Source: Candidatus Dadabacteria bacterium (GTDB lineage Bacteria > Desulfobacterota_D > UBA1144 > Nemesobacterales > CSP1-2). Taken from it: a stretch of DNA of 64,000 nt. The translations under genes and the position numbers were made by a program. Below are positions 1 to 8,795 of this stretch, piece after piece. The notes beneath the pieces were generated by a model, which was not told the DNA's origin, made no database searches, and was given only the letters and a program-made list of their open reading frames with translations. Each line of letters opens with the position of its first letter. Position 1 is the stretch's first letter. The DNA lies in assembly GCA_963805855.1 (NCBI GenBank), contig CAWDVW010000002.1, forward strand, positions 608,001-672,000, read 5' to 3'.

Positions 1-473
1 TTTTCATTTTTAGCTGCTTCCAGATACACAGAAACGCCATACTTACCACAGCATTTGTCATACGCGCCGTTAGTGCATACTAAAAAAAGCGGCTCTTTCC
101 TCAAATGGGAATTTCCTTCCAAAATCTCATTAATATCCAAATCAAGTAATTCTTCATAGCTTTTGAACCCAAACTCAAAAAGTTTTGGCTCTAATTCATC
201 GGATTTTGCAACGTAGAATTTTAGTGTATCGCCAGAATTATCATGTCTTTTGATTAGCTGCAATCTGGAGTTGGGAATCGTTTCGAGAATGAGATTTATT
301 CGCTTTTTTACGTCCTCAGGAATCTTGCTGTCAAGAAAAGCCTTATCGGTCCACGCCCCTCTGTATTCCAATAAAAACCAGACGTCTACCCTTGGAGTCG
401 TAGCAAATAGCTCCTCTTTCGCATTGAGTGATAGCTCTGAGCAGGAGAACTGTTTGTAACTTTTACCCGTCAT
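1..473 (-). CDS. Sucrase/ferredoxin-like protein (partial, runs off the window start)
   Basis: Hand-translated, absent from the ORF track: ATG at 473 gives MTGKSYKQFSCSELS...DVWFLLEYRGAWTDKA...PLFLVCTNGAYDKCCGKYG, matching the family's W-x-x-x-E-x-x-x-x-W and VCTxGxxDxCC motifs; no stop before base 1. Confidence 0.8.
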   Translation of the reverse strand, partial: MTGKSYKQFSCSELSLNAKEELFATTPRVDVWFLLEYRGAWTDKAFLDSKIPEDVKKRINLILETIPNSRLQLIKRHDNSGDTLKFYVAKSDELEPKLFEFGFKSYEELLDLDINEILEGNSHLRKEPLFLVCTNGAYDKCCGKYGVSVYLEAAKNE

Positions 474-478
474 TGAAA

Positions 479-699
479 TGTAGCGGAGGTCTTCAGTCCT
501 CCACCTCTAGAATTAATTCTATGGCGACCTAAAGGTCGCCGCTACAAACTCAACAATCCAAGCACATTATCGCGGCTGGAAGCCGCTCCTACCAGATTCG
601 CAAAGCAATCAAACCTCCGCAGCGCCTGTGCCTTGTGTGTTGCAACTTTACACACCAGCAAGCGTGCCCTGAGCTTGTCGAAGGGACTGGTGTGCTACC
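479..699. repeat. Cluster of GTAG-type REP-like palindromes
   Basis: TGTAGCGGAGGTCTTCAGTCCTCCAC (479-504); ATGGCGACCTAAAGGTCGCCGCTACA (521-546); CGCGGCTGGAAGCCGCTCCTACC (~570-592); CACACCAG..CTGGTGTGCTACC (651-699) carrying an internal insertion. Confidence 0.8.
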
Positions 700-725
700 C
701 GTCTAAACTCACCAGAAGAACAGAG

Positions 726-1859
726 CTATTTCGATAATTCCCTGACCATTATGAGTCTCTGTATCTCGTTGGTCCCCTCATAGATCTGGAGTACTTTTGC
801 ATCTCTCATGAGTTTCTCAACCGGATATTCTTCACTGTAACCATACCCGCCATGAATTTGAGCAGCTTCCGTAGCAGCCCACATCGCGGTGTCGGAGGCA
901 AATGTCTTCGCATATGAAGCCTCTAGCGTGTTTCGCTCTCCGGCGGAGCTTTTATAGGCAGCATGATAAGCCAGAAGCCTCGACGCCTGTGTTCTCATGC
1001 CCATCTCGGCAATTTTAAAACCAACCCCCTGGAATCCAAGAATTGGTTGACCAAAGGCCTCGCGCTCTTTGGCAAATCGAATAGACTCGTCGAGGGCACG
1101 TTGTGAGAGTCCCACGCCAAGTGCAGCGACCACGGGACGGCTGCTGTCAAAGACACGCATCGCCAGCTTAAAACCTTCACCCTCTTTGCCCAGTAGGGCC
1201 TCGGGTGGAAGTTCAACCTGTTTAAAAATCACTTCGCAACAATCACAGGCACGCTGTCCCATTTTAGGCAGTTTCTTTGACACTTCAACCCCGGGCAGAT
1301 CTCGATCTACTATGAATGCACTAATTCCGTGATGGCCAGCCTCCGGGTCGGTCTTGGCAAAGACGATGAAAAAAGACGCTTCGTGTGCGTTGGATATCCA
1401 CGTTTTTTGTCCGTCGAGTTCAAATCCCCTGCCAACCCGCCTGGCTCGGGTACTTATGGAAGCCATATCCGAACCGGCGTTAGGCTCGGTCACACAGTAT
1501 GAACCCAATCCCTCGGAGAGCATCCCAAGATACCTTTTCTTCTGCTTATCTGTCCCGACAAGAAGGATAGGCTCGGCTGCCAAACCATTAATTACGGTTA
1601 CGGCTACTGTAATACCCGTGCAGCCCCATCCCAGTTCCTCAGTTACTAAAATCATCTCGACTGGGGTCAGACCATCACCCCCATATTCTTCTGGTATACA
1701 CAGATTGATCAAACCCACTTCACGCACCTTTGATAAAATGTCATGAGGGAATTCTCCCGTTCTATCATATTTACTCGCGGCCGGAGCGATCTCATTTCTT
1801 GCAAAATCTCTTGCGAGATTCCTTATCATCACCTGTTCATCTGTTAAACCGTATCCCAT
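726..1859 (-). CDS. Acyl-CoA dehydrogenase
   Basis: YCVTEPNAGSD, GQKTWISNA, QIHGGYGYSEEYPVEKLMRDAKVLQIYEGTNEIQR motifs; ATG at 1859 preceded by AGGAG preferred over the TTG at 1874. Confidence 0.95.
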   Translation of the reverse strand: MGYGLTDEQVMIRNLARDFARNEIAPAASKYDRTGEFPHDILSKVREVGLINLCIPEEYGGDGLTPVEMILVTEELGWGCTGITVAVTVINGLAAEPILLVGTDKQKKRYLGMLSEGLGSYCVTEPNAGSDMASISTRARRVGRGFELDGQKTWISNAHEASFFIVFAKTDPEAGHHGISAFIVDRDLPGVEVSKKLPKMGQRACDCCEVIFKQVELPPEALLGKEGEGFKLAMRVFDSSRPVVAALGVGLSQRALDESIRFAKEREAFGQPILGFQGVGFKIAEMGMRTQASRLLAYHAAYKSSAGERNTLEASYAKTFASDTAMWAATEAAQIHGGYGYSEEYPVEKLMRDAKVLQIYEGTNEIQRLIMVRELSK

Positions 1860-2068
1860 AAATTCTCCTAGCAAAACATTTATTAGTCACAACAACCCCC
1901 TAATACAGTATTATACTAATACCTGAGTCATAACAAAATTCGCTTTTGAACTGAGAACTAATTATTCAATTTTCCGAATCACATTTGATCATCCATCATA
2001 AATACCAGCGATTTTTATGCTAAAATCAGTCCTGGGAAAGAATTTTTAAACGATGATGGAGAGCCGCT

Positions 2069-3028
2069 ATGAGTGAAGTAGTGATCGGTGTAGATATAGG
2101 CGGAACCAACCTAAGAGCCGCCTCGGTAGATAGAAACGGGAAAATACTCAGCCGCGAGAGTAGATCATCGGATGCAAAAAAAGGTATAGAATATGTGATG
2201 GAAAACCTGATCTCACTTCTAACTGAAATCATAGGAGATGAAGACATTTCAGGTATAGGGATCGGCATTCCCGGAATAATAGATGTTAATAAGGGAATAT
2301 TAACTCAAGCCCCAAATATTTCCGAAGTAAAGAATTACCCTATTAAAGAAAAACTAACACAGAAACTCGGGTCAGCTATCGATGTGACCATAGAAAATGA
2401 CGCCAATTGTGCGGCCCTCGGAGAGTGGTGGCTTGGGGCAGGTAAAGACGTAAATTCGCTCATTATTCTAACCCTGGGAACCGGGTTAGGCGGCGGGATA
2501 ATACTCGATGGGAAGCTTTGGCGAGGTGCAAATGGTATGGCGGGCGAAATCGGGCATATGACGATTGACCCCGATGGACCAAAATGTAATTGTGGGAACT
2601 TTGGATGTCTGGAAAGCTTCGCCTCGGCGGAGGCTATTAGAAGAATGGTGAAAGAAGGCCTGAGAAATAAGAATCTGAATACGATCTTAAGAAGAGAAAT
2701 CGAGAATGTGACCATACATGATATTCCCGAGACAGTGGGCAAGGCAGCAAGAATCGGAGATAAATTTTCCCTTGAAATTTGGGCATCGTTCGGGAAGGCA
2801 TTAGGAGTCGCAATCGCAAATCTAACAAATCTGTTGAATGTCGAGATGATAATAATCGGAGGTGGTCTCTCAAACTCATGGGAACTGTTTATCGAAATAG
2901 CATTGACTGAAGCAAAGAAAAGAGGCCTTAGTGCTCCAATGGAAAATGTCGAGATTAAAAAATGCGAATTAGAAGACGATGCGGGGCTATTGGGAGCCGG
3001 TTACTTGGCTTTAACGCGGGTCAAATAA
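2069..3028 (+). CDS. ROK family sugar kinase (glucokinase-like)
   Basis: GVDIGGT, ENDANCAALGE, TLGTGLGGG, GEIGH, CNCGNFGCLE motifs. Confidence 0.93.
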   Translation: MSEVVIGVDIGGTNLRAASVDRNGKILSRESRSSDAKKGIEYVMENLISLLTEIIGDEDISGIGIGIPGIIDVNKGILTQAPNISEVKNYPIKEKLTQKLGSAIDVTIENDANCAALGEWWLGAGKDVNSLIILTLGTGLGGGIILDGKLWRGANGMAGEIGHMTIDPDGPKCNCGNFGCLESFASAEAIRRMVKEGLRNKNLNTILRREIENVTIHDIPETVGKAARIGDKFSLEIWASFGKALGVAIANLTNLLNVEMIIIGGGLSNSWELFIEIALTEAKKRGLSAPMENVEIKKCELEDDAGLLGAGYLALTRVK

Positions 3029-3040
3029 CAAATAGAGATG

Positions 3041-3079
3041 CCCCCACCTTAATCCTCCCCCACATTTGTGGGGGAGGAG
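3041..3079. repeat. CCCCACCTTAATCCTCCCC...GGGGAGGAG palindromic repeat (second copy at 33826-33860)
   Basis: Near-identical copy at 33826-33860; hairpin lies between convergent genes. Confidence 0.75.
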
Positions 3080-3136
3080 ATGCGATGGCCAATAATCATT
3101 CGGAAGCGAATATTGTGGGCGACCGCTGAGGTAAAA

Positions 3137-4522
3137 TCATTGAATTAGCAATTTTTCGAAATTCGGTCTAATTAATCGAATGGTCAGGACCTTTTTCCTC
3201 TTATCACGAACCTTAAATCTCTCATCGACCCTCATTCCTCCGATCCACATTATCTTGCCCTTGCAGAGGAAAATAGGGATTTGATGTCGAATAAACCTGG
3301 GTATCTTCTCATCGATAAAATAATTCTTCAATTTCTTAAATTCATTCATACCATATGGTATGAGCCTGTCCCCCTCAGTAAAATTTCGAACCTGAATCGG
3401 AAAATCAACCGAGGCAGAATCAAAACAAGCGAGATATTTATCCGATTTCAGTGAATTTACCTTTTCGAATTGGATCTCAAACTCGGCATGTGGAAATCTG
3501 TGCAATCCAGTTGAATTAACGCTGTACCTGAAACTACATGTGAATAGAGCGTTCTTCGTAAGCACAAAGAGGCCATGGCCCTTAGCTACCACTATTTCTC
3601 CAGGAAGATAGAGCTCACCCGACGCTTGCCCGGAATCCAGGAGCTCATTCATTGACACAATATGGTTTAGTGAAATCCTCTTCAGATCACCCTTTATTTT
3701 CTCAATCGCTAATCTCAATAACCCATACTTCATCGCTTCAGAAAGCGCACTATAATACGCAAGTTTTCCCACCAACTCGCCATCTCTTAAGCTGGAAAAC
3801 AGTTTGTCAAAATGGTTTTTTGCCTCAGTCCTGATGTAGTCCTCTTCGACTCCAGCTATGTAGGCAGTCCTCGCTAGTGTTTCCTTGATGTTAGGATTAT
3901 ATGTGATCAGGTGCGGAATTAGCTCATTTCTGATTCTGTTTCGTAGAAAAAACATCTCCTTGTTTGAAGAATCTTCCATCCACCCTATACCCTTCGATCT
4001 CAAGTAATCCTCAACATCAGATTTCGTAACCTCAATCAGTGGTCTAATTATATTATCATTTACAGGGGGGATCCCGGAAAGACCAAGCAACCCACTTCCG
4101 CGAATGAATCTCATAAGAACTGTTTCAGCCTGATCATCAAGCGTGTGGGCCGTGGCTATCTTATCGGCATTATGCTTATTTAATACTTCTCTAAGAAACT
4201 TATACCTGAGCTCTCTAGCCGCTTCTTCTAGAGACAGACTCGTGCTCCTTTTAAACTCAATCACATCGATTTCCCGGAGTTCAAAAGGAAGGCCTAATTT
4301 TTCGGCAAAACTCCGCACGTAGGCAGCGTCTCGGTTTGATTCTTCTCCTCTAATACGATGATTAAGATGGGCCACAACGAGTTTCAGACGATAATCTGCT
4401 AGCTCTGTCAATATTTGCAGCAGACCAAGCGAGTCCGATCCTCCTGATACACCTACCACAACACACTCCCCGGGGATGAGCATGTTAAATCTTTTTATCG
4501 TCCTACTTATTAGACTTAACAT
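3137..4522 (-). CDS. tilS: tRNA(Ile)-lysidine synthetase
   Basis: SGGSDS PP-loop, HLNHRIRG, EEAARELRY, AHTLDDQAET, RPL, RNRIR, C-terminal KKLKNYFIDEKIP; likely start ATG 4522. Confidence 0.96.
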   Translation of the reverse strand: MLSLISRTIKRFNMLIPGECVVVGVSGGSDSLGLLQILTELADYRLKLVVAHLNHRIRGEESNRDAAYVRSFAEKLGLPFELREIDVIEFKRSTSLSLEEAARELRYKFLREVLNKHNADKIATAHTLDDQAETVLMRFIRGSGLLGLSGIPPVNDNIIRPLIEVTKSDVEDYLRSKGIGWMEDSSNKEMFFLRNRIRNELIPHLITYNPNIKETLARTAYIAGVEEDYIRTEAKNHFDKLFSSLRDGELVGKLAYYSALSEAMKYGLLRLAIEKIKGDLKRISLNHIVSMNELLDSGQASGELYLPGEIVVAKGHGLFVLTKNALFTCSFRYSVNSTGLHRFPHAEFEIQFEKVNSLKSDKYLACFDSASVDFPIQVRNFTEGDRLIPYGMNEFKKLKNYFIDEKIPRFIRHQIPIFLCKGKIMWIGGMRVDERFKVRDKRKKVLTIRLIRPNFEKLLIQ

Positions 4523-5162
4523 CTTTGGATTGATTATCGGCAAGTCCGCCCGAGATTATAATCCTGAAGGCATCCTCGGTACTGATTGGAAGCTCTTTAA
4601 TATCTTCTTCTGGAAGCATTATATAATACCCACTGGTCGGATTAGGGGTCGTGGGAACAAAAATACCCACTAGATTCTTACCCGAAGTATTACGATCGGC
4701 ATCCTCTTTAACCGTACCGGTAACAAAACCTATTGAATAAACACCCTTCCTCGGATACTCAAACATTACAACCCTCTTAACCCCTTTAAAACCAGTTGTT
4801 AGAAAAATACTCTCTATTACCTGTTTGGAAGCTGTATAAATCGTTCGGGCTAGTGGAATTCTTGCAATGATTGATTCGCCGATTCCCAATAACTTCCTGC
4901 CCGTATAAAACCTCGCAATACTCCCAACAAAAAGAACTATAATAATTGTTCCCACGAGCCCGATTCCAAAGGTAGAAAGCTGGAACAGAGATGGATGAAG
5001 CTTCGAAAGGGGTCTGATCAGAACCTTAGCAGGTGCAGCGCTCAAGAGCTCAACTATCCATTTCCCGAGTGTGAAGAGAATAAAAACCGTGAGCCCAAAA
5101 GGAACGGTTACAATAAGGCCAGCAAGGAAATTTTGCCTAAACGCATTACTGATTCGATTCAT
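4503..5162 (-). CDS. DUF502 membrane protein
   Basis: FLAGLIVTVP N-terminus, EYPRKG, FVPTTPNPTSGY motifs. Confidence 0.9.
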   Translation of the reverse strand: MNRISNAFRQNFLAGLIVTVPFGLTVFILFTLGKWIVELLSAAPAKVLIRPLSKLHPSLFQLSTFGIGLVGTIIIVLFVGSIARFYTGRKLLGIGESIIARIPLARTIYTASKQVIESIFLTTGFKGVKRVVMFEYPRKGVYSIGFVTGTVKEDADRNTSGKNLVGIFVPTTPNPTSGYYIMLPEEDIKELPISTEDAFRIIISGGLADNQSKDVKSNK

Positions 5163-5449
5163 TCACTGACTTGTACTTCATTTATAGAGTCCCGAAGGAA
5201 TCTGCTTGGCTTGAACGTGACGACAGTCCTATCCGATATTACGATCGCGTCACCGGTGGCCGGATTTCTTCCTTTTCTTGCCTTCCTTTTTTGAAGCCTG
5301 AAGCTTCCGAAGCCGGGAATTTTAATTCCTTCGCCATTAGCAAGTTTTTCTTTCACTGTCTCAAAGAAAAACTCAACAATCTCAGCCGATTCACGCCTTG
5401 AAAGCCCTATCTTTACGTGTATTACATCTGCTAGTTCTTTTTTCGTCAT
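5159..5449 (-). CDS. ihfA: Integration host factor subunit alpha
   Basis: MTKKELA..., GFGSF, RKGRNPATG, VVTFKPS; directly downstream of pheT. Confidence 0.9.
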   Translation of the reverse strand: MTKKELADVIHVKIGLSRRESAEIVEFFFETVKEKLANGEGIKIPGFGSFRLQKRKARKGRNPATGDAIVISDRTVVTFKPSRFLRDSINEVQVSE

Positions 5450-5460
5450 ATATTTCCCCC

Positions 5461-7869
5461 TTAAATTTTACGTAATTCTGCGCCAAAGGCCAAATTCAGC
5501 TTTTCCAATGTCTTGGCCTGCACTTGATTTATATCTTCATCCGTAAGCGTTTTATCAGCCGATCTTAATATCATAGAAACAGCAACGCTTTTCTTACCCT
5601 CTTCGACCGCACCGCCTTTAAACACATCAAATACACTCACGTCTTCGATCAAGCTTGATTCTACCCTTCTTATCTCACCAACTATGTCACCCACTGGTAA
5701 TTCTTCATCCACTACGATGGCGATATCTCTTCTCACGAATGGAAATCTGGGAATGGGTCTAAATTGTAACCGCTCGCCAATGTAAAACTCTGCAAGTTTA
5801 TCCAGATCAATTTCAAAAACATATACACCTTGTGAGATATCCATTTTTTCCGATATCTCAGGATGAAGTTGACCCAAAATACCAATTTCCTCTTCCTGGA
5901 TTAAAACCCTTGAGGAGTTACCCGGATGAAGGAAGCCGACCTGCTTTGTTTGTTCAAATCTCAGCGTTTTTACAAGCGAGTGCAATTCAAAAATTCTCTC
6001 AACAACACCCTTTAAATCATAAAAATCGAATTCAGCTTTTCCCCATAATTCGTGTTGTCTCTCACCGGTTGCTGCAACCACAAGTTTAGTGATCTCCTTC
6101 GGCAACCCGTTTCCTTCCGGGATGTAAACCCTTCCAATTTCAAAAACCCTTATATCATTTATTTGACGATTCAGGTTAAGACTCACGTTTCTCATTAATC
6201 CAGAAAAAAGGCTCGTCCTCAACACAGATCCCTCACTACTGAGCGGATTCAATATCCCTAGGGGTTGAGTCGAATTAAACAGTCCAAGATATGCTGGGTC
6301 ATCAAAACTATAGTTTATAACTTCAAGAAAACCATAGGACGTTAGTATTTCCTTTATCCGGCTTTCAATGATCTTTTCTGTTTTTAATCCTTCTGTCTTC
6401 ATAACAACAGAGGGTAGGGTTGTCGGGATTCTGTTATATCCATAGTGTCTCGCCAGTTCTTCGATTAAATCAACTTCTCTAGCGATATCCACCCTAAAGG
6501 TCGGGATCATGAACGTTAACTCTTCACCTTCCGCCGCTTTTCCTTCAATATCGAGCCGCTCCATGATCTCTATGACTTCGTCCGGCTGGATTTCAGTTCC
6601 GAGTAGTCTGTTTAGACCTTTCGCGGAAAGCCTAATCTCCCTTCTTCCGACAGGATTAGGATAAACGTCGATAATACCCCTCGAAACCGTCCCCCCTGCA
6701 AGTTCTCTCATGAGCTCAGAAGCCCGGTCAAGCGCTTTTACTACTCCGTTTATATCTACCTGCCGTTCAAACCTGTAAGATGACTCAGATTTCAAATTTG
6801 TCCGCTTTGAGGTCCTTCTTACGCTAATAGGACTGAAAAACGCGCTTTCAAGCAGAATATTTTTAGTAGCGTCCGAGACCTCGGTGCTTGCCCCTCCCAT
6901 CACACCTGCCAATGCAATAGGCTTTGAAGCATCAGAAATAATCAAATCTTCGTTGGTTAGAACCCTCTCCAGTCCATCGAGTGTTTGTATTACTTCCCCC
7001 TCATTTGCGGATCTGACAACTATCTTCTTTCCTTCGATCAGATCATAATCAAATGCATGGAGTGGTTGACCCCACTCCAACAGAACAAAGTTTGTTATAT
7101 CAACGATGTTATTGATCGATCTGATACCAGAATTCTCGAGTCTCATCTTCAGCCAGCTGGGGGAAGGAGCTATCTTTAGGTCGGTAATTACCCTGCAAGA
7201 ATACCTTTGACAGCCTTCGGAATCCAATACTTCAACTCTAACCAACTTATCTATATCTTCACCCTCTTCCACTAATTGAAATTTTGGGTATCGAAGCTCA
7301 GATCCGAAAACTGCCGCAACCTCCCTGGCGATCCCGACAACACTTAGGCAGTCTGGTCTGTTAGGTGTTACGCCGATTTCCATTACCACCTCATCAAGTC
7401 CCAGGGGATTGACAATGCTGCCACCAACTTCAGAGCGTTCCGGAAGTATGATAATCCCCTCGTGATCGTCCCCTACACCCAATTCAACCTCGGAACATAG
7501 CATCCCTTCCGACAACTCTCCCCTTATCCTGGTCTCTTCCATTGTGATCCCTTCCGGGAACTTCACACTTCTTGGGAGCCTCGTACCAGGCAGAGCAAGC
7601 GCTACTTTATCATTAACCTCCATATTTTTTGCGCCGCACACTATCTCGTAGCTTTTCGCACCATCCGAGACATCGCAAAGGAGAAGCTTTTTTGCATTTG
7701 GGTGTGGACGTATTTTTAGGATTTCCCCTACGACTATTTCCTCCAACCCCTTCCCTAGATATTCAAGCGACTCAACCTCAAGGCCACTCATAGTAAGCCT
7801 TTCGGCCAATTCCCCCGGGGTGACGTCAAAATCAACATATTCTTTAAGCCAGCTCACAGTAAATCTCAT
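5461..7869 (-). CDS. pheT: Phenylalanine-tRNA ligase beta subunit
   Basis: HPNAKKL, IVCGAKN, TPNRPDCLS, GQPLHAFD, ESSYRFER, RFPFVRRDIA; 802 aa. Confidence 0.98.
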   Translation of the reverse strand: MRFTVSWLKEYVDFDVTPGELAERLTMSGLEVESLEYLGKGLEEIVVGEILKIRPHPNAKKLLLCDVSDGAKSYEIVCGAKNMEVNDKVALALPGTRLPRSVKFPEGITMEETRIRGELSEGMLCSEVELGVGDDHEGIIILPERSEVGGSIVNPLGLDEVVMEIGVTPNRPDCLSVVGIAREVAAVFGSELRYPKFQLVEEGEDIDKLVRVEVLDSEGCQRYSCRVITDLKIAPSPSWLKMRLENSGIRSINNIVDITNFVLLEWGQPLHAFDYDLIEGKKIVVRSANEGEVIQTLDGLERVLTNEDLIISDASKPIALAGVMGGASTEVSDATKNILLESAFFSPISVRRTSKRTNLKSESSYRFERQVDINGVVKALDRASELMRELAGGTVSRGIIDVYPNPVGRREIRLSAKGLNRLLGTEIQPDEVIEIMERLDIEGKAAEGEELTFMIPTFRVDIAREVDLIEELARHYGYNRIPTTLPSVVMKTEGLKTEKIIESRIKEILTSYGFLEVINYSFDDPAYLGLFNSTQPLGILNPLSSEGSVLRTSLFSGLMRNVSLNLNRQINDIRVFEIGRVYIPEGNGLPKEITKLVVAATGERQHELWGKAEFDFYDLKGVVERIFELHSLVKTLRFEQTKQVGFLHPGNSSRVLIQEEEIGILGQLHPEISEKMDISQGVYVFEIDLDKLAEFYIGERLQFRPIPRFPFVRRDIAIVVDEELPVGDIVGEIRRVESSLIEDVSVFDVFKGGAVEEGKKSVAVSMILRSADKTLTDEDINQVQAKTLEKLNLAFGAELRKI

Positions 7870-8113
7870 TTTCTTAATTCTACAAAAGTAAATAATTACA
7901 TATTGTTAGAGCCCGTGTCAATATCAAAATTCGTCCAAGCTACCGACATAACATAAAAAACAATCCTTCTGGACTCTATAATCACATGTAGGCGCCGATT
8001 TCCATATCAGCAAGTTCGGGAATCGGTCCATATAATCAAACTCCGCACATATGATTGTTGAGAGAATTGGGTTACAATTATTGAAGCGGCGTAGAATGAC
8101 TCGAACATAAAGG

Positions 8114-8731
8114 ATGGACAGATTCATTTTGATTTTTATATTTACATTATTTCTTATTCTATCCCATCAGCCCCAAGCAATATCCAGCCAGCAACCAGAC
8201 AAAAACACCGATTGGAAACCTAAAGAGGGCTTGGAACTCATCGGTGCTAAAGCCCCTCCTCTAAAAGGTCTAAAATGGCTCAATACCAAGCCGTTGACTA
8301 TAGAAGACCTGTCTGGAAAAGTCGTCCTCATTCGATTCTGGTTAGTCGGATGCCCGCTTTGCACAAGAACCGCCCCATCCCTAGTAGAGCTTAATCAGAA
8401 ATATTCCCAGAAGGGTTTAGTCGTGATTGGGATACACCACCCAAAATCGGAGCGGACAAGAAATCCGGATCTGGTTTTAAGGCAAGCACAGTTATTTGGA
8501 TTCAATTTCCCGATTGCCCAGGATAACGACTGGAAAGTCATTAAATCGTACTGGCTTAATGGTAAGAATAGATCATATACCTCGGTTAGCTTCCTGTTGG
8601 ATAAAAACGGCAGAATAAGGTTAATAAATGACGGCGGAGAGTTTTATAGGAGCGATGAAAATCCAGAAGCGAATGCTGCATTTCTTGCAATCGATAAGAA
8701 GATTCAGGAACTTTTAAACGAGAATCCCTAA
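8114..8731 (+). CDS. Exported TlpA/redoxin-family thiol-disulfide oxidoreductase
   Basis: Signal peptide; WLNTKPLT..L.GKVVLIRFW..CPLC; VIGIHHP. Confidence 0.85.
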   Translation: MDRFILIFIFTLFLILSHQPQAISSQQPDKNTDWKPKEGLELIGAKAPPLKGLKWLNTKPLTIEDLSGKVVLIRFWLVGCPLCTRTAPSLVELNQKYSQKGLVVIGIHHPKSERTRNPDLVLRQAQLFGFNFPIAQDNDWKVIKSYWLNGKNRSYTSVSFLLDKNGRIRLINDGGEFYRSDENPEANAAFLAIDKKIQELLNENP

Positions 8732-8760
8732 GTTGCCACGAATTTACACGATGCACTCTT

Positions 8761-8795
8761 CAGGATGCACGATACATGATGCATGATTCATGAAG
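8761..8795 (+). repeat. Heptamer tandem repeat CA(G/C/T)GAT(G/A/T)
   Basis: CAGGATG CACGATA CATGATG CATGATT CATGAAG. Confidence 0.75.
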
